DNA of 64,000 bases from Zygnema circumcarinatum SAG 698-1b (lineage: Eukaryota; Plantae; Zygnematophyceae), in contig CM074815.1 of assembly GCA_037447605.1 (NCBI GenBank), forward strand, positions 1 to 64,000, read 5' to 3'. Numbering within the stretch: the stretch's first letter is position 1; each line of letters starts with the position of its first letter. The position numbers were made by a program, and so were the translations under genes. This document shows positions 1 through 9,910 of the stretch, in pieces. The notes beneath the pieces were generated by a model. That model saw only the letters and a list, made by a program, of their open reading frames with translations. It made no database searches and was not told the origin of the DNA.

Positions 1-440
1 GGGGCGAAGGGGGAATGGGGGAGGGCGGATGGGAGTGGGGGGAGACGGGAGGGGGAGTTGGGAGGGCGAGGAGAGAGAGAGAGTGAGAGTGATAGGGGAG
101 GGAGAGAGAGAGAGAAAAAGAGAGGAGCAGGAACACAGAGAGAGAGCTGAAAGGAAAGAGAGACTACAACAAAGTGAAAGGGCAATAGTGGAGAGTGGCA
201 GAGACAGAGGGCCAAAGGCGGAAAGAAGAGGTCGAGTGCGCGAGAGTGACACACACTGAGGGCGAGATAGAGAGAGAGAGGGGGAGAGAGAGAGAGAGGG
301 AGAGAGGGAGTGCGAGGGAGAGAGAGAGAGAGGGGGGGAGAGAGAGAGAGAGGGAGAGAGGGAGAGCGAGGGAGAGAGAGAGAGAGGGGGAGAGAGAGAG
401 GGGGAGAGAGAGCGAGAGAGAGGGAGAGAGAGAGAGTGAG
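1..440. repeat. (GA)n / purine-rich low-complexity tract in a RAD50 intron
   Basis: Long GAGAGA/GGGA runs on the + strand; similar tracts at about 1450-1560, 1790-2420 and 3525-3850. Confidence 0.9.
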
Positions 441-447
441 CTCCCAC

Positions 448-3400
448 AATCGCGGTCGCCCTTCTTGACAGCCAACTCGCGCTTGGCATCGAGCACCCTC
501 ATAGTGAGAGCTGCCACCTCCTGACCCGCCGCATTCGCCCTTTGGTTGGCCTCGTCGTAGGCCTTACTGCTCGAACTACAAAAGAAAATTCAGATCAAAG
601 AAAGAAAGGAAAAAAAAAAAAGGGGGAAAAATAATAGCAAGTTAGTATCAATGGGGCAATGGTGATATAAACATTTGGAAAAGTCGACATAGGTAAGAAA
701 TTGTACATTAGCGACTAGATACAAGTTGTGGGGGTATCAGAATAGGGTTCTATGTATGCTCTACCTCAGAATTCTACTGATCTCTCTATGCAACTCCTTC
801 GTCTCCGGCAGCCTCCCTCCGAACGCTTTTCTGAACTTCTCCATATTGTCATCCATCCTGCATATCTCAAAACAACAAAAATGGTGCAGAAACAACCCAT
901 TAAAGGCATTAAAAGGGGGGGGAGAGAGGGGAGGAGGGCGAAGTCACACCTTCATTTAACTTTTTCCTACTTACAGCTGTTTAATAGCTCTCTCCCGAGC
1001 AGTGAGAGCCTCCCTCTTTATGCGGAGAGAGACTCTCTCTCCCGATTCTACCGCCAGTCCGTCCTTCTCTCTCTGAAGGTTCTTCAGTTTCTGCTCCACC
1101 CTGTAAACTTCCGATTTTGCCTCATCGATAGTTGTGTCAAACTGCCTCTCTCGAAGCTTGGATGCAACGGAATCCGCCGCTTCTTTCTGCAGGAAAAAGG
1201 GCAAAACGAAAAGCTTTTAGAGCTTTTGTAAGAGTTTACGAGATTTTGGGAAGATGGGAAATCTAAAGTTCTGAAGAAGAAAAAAAAGGTAAATACAAAA
1301 ACGAATATGTGTGTATATATATATCTATTGCAGCTTTTACCGTTGTCTTCTCCTTCTCCTCCACTCTCACAACTTCCGCTTCGGAAATAGCCAAAGTCTC
1401 CACTGCCTGCTCCTGATCCTGCAGATCCTGCTGCACTTCTTTCTGCACGCAAGAGAAAGAGAAAGAGAGAGGAGAGAGAGAGGGAGAGGGAGAGAGAGAG
1501 AGAGAGCGAGAGAGAGAGCGAGAGAGAAGGAGAGGGGACGAGAAAGAGAGAGGAGAGGGGAAAGTGGTTGGGGCGATTAGGGTTTCAAAATTTTGGAGGA
1601 CTTTTTTTTTTTCTTGCGAGCACGTAAAAGGCATAGAAATGGACTAAACTATAAGAGGAGGGGGGACAGAAGTAATTACTTTTTGGCTGAGGAGGAGTTT
1701 GATGTGACCGGAAGCCTCGAGCTGCTTCGACCTCACCGCCTCCCTTGAGGTCATCACACTCTGCAGCTCCGCACGGTTGGCTGCCTGCACGGAGAGAGAG
1801 GCAGAGAGGGAGAGGATGAGGGGAGGGAGAGGGAGGGAGGAGGCGGAAGACAGGTAGGAGGAAGGGAGAGGGGAGGGGGAAGACAGGTAGGAGGGAGGGA
1901 GAGGGGAGGGGAAAGACAGGTAGGAGGGAGGGAGAGGGGAGGGGAAAGAGAGATAGGAGGGAGGGAGAGGGGAGGGGGAAGACAGGTAGGAGGGAGGGAG
2001 AGGGGAGGGGGAGAGCAGGAGAGGTCGAGAGGGGGAAGGGAGAGAGGGGGAGAGAGAGAGGAGGGTAGAGGGTAGAGAGTGGGGGAGGGGGAGAGTGGGA
2101 GAGGTCGAGAGAGATGGGGATAGGAGAGAAAGGAGTAGAAAATGGAGAGACACGAAAAAGGAGAGAAAGGTAAAGAGAGAGAAGGAAATGGAGAGAGTCG
2201 AAAAAGGAGGGAGTAAAGGAGAGGAAAAGGAGAGAGAAGAACAAGGAGAGAGAATAAAAAGGCGCGAGAGAAAAGGAGAGGGGATGAAGGGGAGAAAGAA
2301 GGAAAAGGAGAGGGGAGAGAAGGAAAAGAAGAGAAGAAACAGGATAGCGAGAAAAGGAGAGAGAAGGAAAAGGAGAGAGGGAAAAAGAGAAAGAAGCAAA
2401 AGGGAAAGGAAAAGAGAGAGGCTTTTGCCTGCAACTGCGCGAAATTTTCGTGAAGTTCTTCAAGACGGATTTCCGCCCTTTTGAAGCATCTTGAGGCGAG
2501 TTCAGGACTTAGAGGAATTTTTCCAACCTCACCCAAATTATGCTTTGAAAACAGAACCTGCAAATAGGAATCTCGCTCTCGTTTGTCTTTCAAATGAGCC
2601 TGCAATTAACAAGAAGAAATGAATGACGCAATTAAGGAATCGTGAATCATCACATTCTCCTTCAGTTCATCAGCTTAACACTTTTATCTCACTGAGATTG
2701 AGGGATTTTTGGAAATCTGAGTCAATTATTGCCTTGGGAGAAAGGGAATGAAAGGGATATGTGATGGCTAATGGTGCGATTCCATTGAGGGTAAGTTGTC
2801 TGGATTGAACCAATCACAGCATGTCACGTCAGATAATATGCAAACGTGGCAAACCATGATTGGCTTTCGCATAACAAGGTACCTTCAATGGCGGAAAATT
2901 ATGGCTAAATGTTGGTTGAATACTTATGGTTAAAGCCTACCTCTGCCTCTGCTTGAAGTCTCCCTTTGGCTGTACAGCACTTATTATAATTCTCTTTTTC
3001 TGCCAAATTTTGAGTCTTCACATCATTCAAATCTCGCTCCATTTTTGAAATGTTCATTCTCAGAGTTCCCAAACTGTTCTCAAAATTCCTCTGCCAATCT
3101 GCGAGCTCCTCATCGGTGTCTGCATTCCCTCACATAACAAATCAAAACAGAAAAAAGAAAGGAGGAGGGGGGGGCGGAAGGAGGGAGAAGAGAAAGTCAC
3201 AACACCATTTCCTCCTAAAATTACTAAACGAAATTTAAAAAACGCAAAAGAAAAGACCTGTCCGAAACAACAGACAATTTCCAACGTACCCTCGTTCTCC
3301 ACTTCCAGGTCCCTGTACTGCTGCTGCTTGAGCTTGAGCAGAAGCTCCCTCCTCCCCTCCCTCTCCCTCGCCTCCTCCCTCAGTCTCCTCACTGCCTTCA

Positions 3401-5820
3401 GGGCCTCCTCCTTCTCTCCCACTCGCGCCTGCACGAGGGCGACCCGCTCCGCCCGCTGCCGCATTTGGCTCCGCAGATGGCTCGCCTTCTCGCGCTCGCC
3501 GTCGATGCTTTCTTGGAGCTTATGGGGGAGGTAGGGAGGGGGGAGGGAGGNNNNNNNNNNGAGGGAGAGAGGGAGGGAGGGAGGGAGGGAGGGGAATGGG
3601 CCGAGAAGGAAAGAGAGAGGTGGGGAAGGGTGGGAAGGAGGGGAGGAAGGGTGGAGTGGGGGAGGCCGGAGGGGGAGTGGGGATAGGGGAGTGGAGGAGA
3701 TGCGAGAAGTGAAAAAAGGAAAATGGAGGAAGAAGGAAGGAAAGGAAGAAAATAGAGATTTGGGAGGAAGGAAGCGTGAGAAGGGACGGTGCAAGAGAGA
3801 AAAAGGTAGAGGATGACGGAAAGCAAGAAAGAGTAGTAAAAAACAAACATAAAAAGGAGGGAAATGCAGAAAGTCAGAAGACCAAAATAAAAAGAAGAAG
3901 AAGAAGCTCGTAGGCTCTGTTCACATGTAATGGCCGAATGAACATCGGAGATTAATCTGGAAAAATATCTTATCTATGACTCGAATCCATTAAACTATAT
4001 TCCACCATCCTTTTACATCCTCCAGCCTGCATAGCATTAAGCGGGAGAGGTTCACCTTGTGAGCAGCATCTCGCAGCGTCTGCAGGTGGTCCATCTTCAG
4101 TTTGTACTCTTTGATTAACTGAGCCTGATCCTTGTGCAGCTTCTTAATTACCTCCAACGCCTTTGTGTACCTGCAGCATTAAAAAGGGTCAAAAAATCTG
4201 AGAAAAACACAGACATATATACAGTAAGAACAAAAGAGAGTAAATGGGAAGCAGAAAGTGAAGCAGCAGTGACATATATGACAGGTGACCCACCTCGTAG
4301 CAGAAAAAATATCATCAAATTTCTTCTTCAAAACTGCTCCTTCTGCCAAGGGCCAGTTGGCTTCATCTTGATGCACAAATATAACATTTTCCAAAATGGC
4401 CTTCGAGACTCCCATGAGAGCAGGGACTTCCCTATCCATATCGGCACATCGATAGCTGAGGCAAACTTTCTGCATGCCGAAAATGGAGCCTAAGTTTCCT
4501 AAAATGTTGGTCTTGAAATTTCTAAAAAGTGGGGGCTCAAACCTTCAAAAGGATGGGGCTTGAGTCTTCTAAAAGTGAGTCTTTAAACTTCTTATAAATA
4601 GGGCTTAAATATTTTAATTTATGGGGCTTCAATCTTTTAGAAAATGGGGTTTGCAGTTGAGTAAACTTCAAACATTTAACCACTTCAAGTAAAGTTACAA
4701 GTCACTGTATTTGTTCGTCATGTGCTGGAAACTTAGTTCGGTGTACGGATAGGCTAAACTTGATGTATATACTAAGCTTGTCAAGAAGTGAGGGAGTTCG
4801 TCCGTTTAAAATGAAGAGACGAAGGGTTTGAAGCGTACGGCTCACCTCTCCAGTGTGAGAATTAATGGTCTGCAAAACGCTTTCAATTGCTTTGTATTCC
4901 AGTTTTGAAGCTTTTTGGGTTAATTGGAAAGATCGAATGCAGACAACATCTTTTCCAGCCGCCGTTTTGAATCGCAGCTTTATTTGACCCTTCACCTCGG
5001 TTTCTCCGGCAACCTGAGATACAATCAAAGCAGACGAAATATATTGACTGTGAAATTTTGCTTGTCTTTGCTGTGATTGTTTAAAAAATCCCCACGATTT
5101 GCAGTTAAGTACAAATGGGGTCGATGGTCGACTGACATGCGTAGTCATTATTCTGAAAAGTTCAACTTGGTAGATGATAAGGCATAATCAAGAAGATGAG
5201 AATGGAACTTGAAAAAGTTATTGTGCCAAGTACTTGAATGCAAATAAAAATTAACCAGAGTGCGCTTGAGTGACTTTATTGATCAAGTCAATTTCAGTAA
5301 GGTTCAAAGTGAACCAATTATATAAAGGCAAGTCTCAAATCATGACCTCATGTTTGAAATTTCATTGAAGGGTGGGCTGTTGCAATTTGAAAGCCACATT
5401 TTTTTTTGCTTTTTGGCGACACAAATTAGAAAAGAAAAATGACGGTGAATTGCGCGCTACTGCTGTACCTTCGGATCATGAATAAATGTGTGCCCGGATC
5501 GCGCGTTTGGAGGAAGCTCACCGGTGCATGCATGTTTCAAACATTCAATGATGGTCTGGAAAGAGAAACAGAGCACGAACAAAATAAGGATGAAAGGAAA
5601 GGAATGAAGCTCAAAGCTTTATACTTCACCACTACTCAACCTGGTACCTTGGTAAAGTCACAGCCCTTGTCATGAGTAGCTTTCAGTTTGCCGAGCCTCA
5701 CTTTTTTCAAGTCGCGACTTTGCAGACATGCAGATGATTAGGGTGACGGTGTGTATGTGTGCGTACGTGTGAAAGCCAAAAAGTGCTTATAGAGGGAAGG
5801 GGTATTTTAATAATGCGCGC

Positions 5821-5851
<31 letters not shown>

Positions 5852-5981
5852 TAGAGACCGTTTTGCCCGCGCCATTGGGCCCCACTATGAGTGTGAGGGG
5901 GCGGAAGAAGGTGATGACGGCCGTGTTGTCCGGACTGAAGCTGCGGATGCCCTTGATCAGCATCTTGTCCACCGTGCACAT
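448..5981 (-). CDS. RAD50: DNA repair protein RAD50 (SMC-like ATPase of the MRN complex); 5' part only, the gene continues past the left window edge
   Basis: N-terminus [19 protein letters not shown]...[11 protein letters not shown] (Walker A), followed by [77 protein letters not shown] and [41 protein letters not shown]...[18 protein letters not shown], then coiled coil. Phase-consistent exons: 5859-5981, 5469-5555, 4846-5013, 4294-4469, 4056-4170, 3290-3518, 2941-3119, 2429-2599, 1680-1784, 1341-1442, 975-1186, 765-857, 448-575. Confidence 0.97.
1841..2005. repeat. About 5 copies of a 29-31 bp purine-rich minisatellite in a RAD50 intron
   Basis: The unit GGGAAGACAGGTAGGAGGGAGGGAGAGGGGA recurs with small variations. 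Confidence 0.85.
3551..3560. other. Assembly gap (10 N); further gaps at 12805-12814, 14051-14060, 20179-20188, 21591-21600 and 42080-42089
   Basis: Uniform 10-N runs next to homopolymer or low-complexity sequence, which suggests placeholders of unknown true length. Confidence 0.95.
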
Positions 5982-6014
5982 GGTGGCGACGTTCGCTGCA
6001 CCCTGACTCTGCCT

Positions 6015-6224
6015 CTGACTGTCAAACCCTAATTCTGGCTCTCAACCCTAATTCTGACTCTCAACCCTAATTCTGACTCTCAACACTAATTCTGACTCTC
6101 AACCCTAACTCTGACTGTCAACCCTAACTCTGACTCTCAACCCTAATTCTGACTCTCAACCCTAACTCTGACTCTCAACCCTAATTCTGACCCTCCACCC
6201 TAATTCTGACTTTCAACCATAATT
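6015..6224. repeat. 11-copy 19-bp tandem array (CTGACTCTCAACCCTAATT) with a telo-box/TTAGGG core, 33 bp upstream of the RAD50 ATG
   Basis: Units start at 6015, 6035, 6054, 6073, 6092, 6111, 6130, 6149, 6168, 6187 and 6206. A perfect telo-box AAACCCTAA is at 6024-6032. Confidence 0.95.
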
Positions 6225-9200
6225 CTCACCTTGAAGCGTAACTGGCGCTGAACCCTAATTTTGGTGTTTCCTTGCTCACTCCCTCACACTTCTTCTAAGG
6301 GTACATTACTAAGGTATGCAGTACAGTACGGCAGTGGGCGTACGATCAAAATCAGTACATGTAACACTACGGAAAGAGTTGTAAGAGCGAAATGTCATTT
6401 ACTTGTCTTGTACTTGTTTCGACTTGAACGCGTGACATCAACGGTAATTACTTGAGTAAAACCAAAACGAGTACATGTGATTATATGAAATAAGTTGTGG
6501 GATCGATATCAGAAGTACTTCTTTTGTTAGGGGCGAAGCGTGGAAATAACGGTTACTGCTAGGGCACGTTATCAAAACAAGTACCCTCTATTCTATGAAA
6601 TAAGCTGTAGACGAGAAATCAGAAGTACTGATTCTAAATTAAATACCGAAGCGCGGCAGCCACGGTAACTTTTTACCGTAGTAAGGAATTACTAATCGGA
6701 GTCAGTACATGAAGTCCTGTGTGTTGGGCTGAAAATTTGAAATGCGAAAAACTGTCTTCAAATGTGATGCTGAAGCGCGATACCAAGTGTTTACCAGGTT
6801 AGGTCGGTGTACTCGAAATAAGTATATTCCTACCCGTGAGACAGTGATAAGCCCTAGCTTCGATGTACAAGTTTCGAAATACGGTATTACCGAAAGGTTT
6901 GAACTTTGACGAACCCTAAAGAGTACGGTATCAGGAAAACTGTCGGTGGTGGCGGCAGGAGAATGTCGGTGGCAGCGGCAGGAGAATGTCGGTGGTGGCG
7001 GTCCTGACGGTGCAGCCAATCAGCGCCTTCTACGACTTCCAGAATTTCAAGATTCATTGAACGTGGACAGATATTTGCAGTCGCGGCAGTTACCAGTCTC
7101 CATGTAAAAAATCGCGTGAAAGTGGAAGTCGGTCAAACAGCTTCCCCACGTTCCGTCAGGATTCAGGAAGCGTCCTCCGCAGCGTCCGTCGTTGGGTTGG
7201 GCAAGTTGTCCACGTCGACATCGATTGGTAGCGTACCGTGCCGCCATCTGCTCCGCCATGGGTCCGCCCTAAAACGCTCCTTTTCTCCGCCCTTCGACTT
7301 CGGGTGGGACAGACTGAGCATTCTTGAACACCTCATCGCGTGGGGTTTACCAGCAGAACTTAGGTTGACTTCCAAAGTTGGTAGATCGCGTCACGGTTGA
7401 CCTGATCCCTTTGGCGTCCCGCTTTCACACTATGTCCTAAGGTTTAGTTGCCTTGATGCTCGATTTGGAAGCACTTGCTTCGCAAGTGCGCCATCGCTCC
7501 CTTGAGTGCGGGCCCGGCTCACGCAGCGATGCTACACTTTTATGGCAGCGCATCGTGGCCTTGCACGTGTCTTAGCTGCCGCGATGCCTTCGCATCCGCA
7601 GTTGTTAGACTCGTCCCAGTGAGTCTTGCGTCCTTTCCGCACGTGCTGCGCCCGCATGCCGACCTTCGCGAGCTGCTGTGATGCCGTGTTCTTCACACCG
7701 GATCAGATTTCGATTTCAGCTTTCTCTGTATGCGGGTGTGGCAACTCGATGTGACTCACCAGCCTTAGCGGAAAAATCTCGGCCAGCGTTTCGAGTTCAG
7801 AGAGAGAGCGGGAGCGGGCTCAAGGTTGGCGGGCAGCCCTTGTTTAATGTATAGGGTCCATCAAGGTGTAGTCTTTGACTCCTAGCGTGAATGTGCGGGC
7901 GTCAATGTAGTTGTATAGGACAATGTCATGTCTGAATGAGTCGTGTTTAGTGTAGGACCGAACATGAGGGGTGCCGTATCGTAAGGGCATGGTACGGCAG
8001 GGCATCAGGAAGGTCTAGGGTCGTAGAATGTGCGGCTTCGCTGAACCGTACCAAAGGGGGTGCAGCGGAATGTAGCTCGCGGAAGGAGCGCGTGCGGGCG
8101 TGGCGCGTGTGCGACGACGCGACTGATGGGCACGGAGTGTTTGGCGGACGCGGATCTCCGCGAAGCGGCGTGATTGGCCAGCGTGCAGATGGGCGCGCCT
8201 TCAGCGTGGATGACACGGAAGTCGGTTGAGAGGCTGAAGATGTGGCAGCGATGAGGCGCGGCGCGTGGCGTGCAATGGAGCCCTTGCTGCGTCCCCTCCA
8301 ATTCTCGGCAAAGGTCAGCCAGAAGGGGACCGGTCAGCGCTTGGGCGCGCGGCGGGTGTGAGCAGGAGCGGGCAGGGTGTGCGCCGGGCGACGGAGCACA
8401 GGCGACAGCTGCGTAGGTCGGTCCTGGCGTGGGTTCCACGTGAAGTGGTGTGGCTCGATCTTGGGGCAGCGTGGCTGCGGGGTGGCGGCTGCTAAGCATC
8501 TGGATGGGCTGATCTGCTGAGGTGCAGCCTGGCATGGCAATCCGCAGATGTGGCCGTGGCGACCCACACAGTAGTGAGAGGAGCGGGCTGGACAGCGCTG
8601 ATGCTCGCTCTCTCTGAATGTCTATGTGCTCGACCGTGTTGTAAAGGAAGATCCGCAGAGGTGAGGCCTGGGGGCCCGGCCTTGTGTATGAAGGTCGTGA
8701 AGGATGATCTTGGTGATGCCTAGCTTTAGTGAAGAAGTTGCAAATGGTGTGTCCCTCATGTGTTGAGGTGAGGGGAGTTCATGGAGGCATAGTAGTTTGG
8801 CTACTCCAGTTCAGGTGTGGGCTCTGTCTGAGGGGTAGGATGGTGCTCATGAGAGGCAGGGCACCCGCGTGAGGATGTGTGGGTTCCTGCAAGGGAGCTT
8901 GTGCTGACTCATAGAGTTTAAGGTTTTAGGGCCGTGGCGTTCTCCTTGTCCTTGTCATTTGTCATGTGAGCCCTCATATTAGATTGGCGTGGTGGATGGT
9001 CGGAGCGACCATTGTATGGGCGGTGTGTTGCTCGCGGAAGATGGTGGAGGCGTGGAGTTGAGGAGCCGAGAGCCGTCGAGGAGTTGAAGAACTGGCTTTG
9101 TCATGGGGTGTTTTAACCCCGCTGCCGCAGCAGCCCGCAAGATAGACGAGAAGGCATGTCGTGGCGGAAGGGCATTTATGTAAAGAAGAAAAGAAAAGTT

Positions 9201-9910
9201 TTGAGCTCTGGATACCCCCGGCATGTGTTGCCTTCCCTTGAGTCTTTCCTTCTTTGCTCCCCTTCCAGCCCGGCAAGTCCTAGGCAGAGGTGTAAAGCCT
9301 CGAATCCCCAATTCGTTGGTTCACAGTCTTCTGGGCCTGCAGCGCAGCAGGGTGGGGCTGGCGGGTCCGTGCCAAGTGATAACCGTTGTTGTCGGGCGAG
9401 CGAGAAGCCCAAAAGGGGGTGCGGGGCCACGGCCCCGAGATCCAGTGGCGAGCTCGATTGGTCCCCATGGTGCCCATAGTCGTGTGATACTTTGCTCGGC
9501 TCAAGAGGGAAGGGATCTTGGCCCACTGATGGTGGTAAAGTCTGCCTGGCGGCCCGCAGGTGAACCAGCTTCTTATGGTTCGAACCTAGGGAAAATGCCG
9601 TGGATGCTATGGGTGTCCGATGCCCTAACCGTAGTGCCTGCGTTTGGATGGAAACATGAAGCCACGCCGGCTGGGTAATCTCCCCCTTAAGATGGATGTG
9701 ACGTTTCGCTGCATTCCTCCCCCTGCTGAGAATATGAGCCAGCATTCACGTGTGTGGGGTAGTAAAGGCAGCTCGTAGTTTCAACGGCACGCGTCGAACT
9801 CTACGTGATAACCGGGAGGGCTCAGCGATAATCCCGGTCAAGTCCCTTTCCGAGTTGCGCGGGGACGGCTCAGGAACCCCCCGTGCCGCCCTCGCCCGCT
9901 CTCCTGCGGC

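Noticed and set aside
1585-2605. Long ORFs of 250-290 aa rich in Leu/Ser/Pro/Phe
   Set aside because: They are translations of the CT/GA microsatellite intron; only the short RAD50 exon parts are real.
6015-6224. The 19-bp array as a possible CRISPR array or a true telomere
   Set aside because: The units are contiguous with no unique spacers, there are no cas genes and the context is eukaryotic; the TTAGGG cores are separated by 13 bp of non-telomeric sequence.
6702-9745. Assorted 60-190 aa ORFs as the missing aspartic-protease 3' exons or as host genes
   Set aside because: No D(S/T)G, ILGD or other family motifs and no coherent splice pattern were found.
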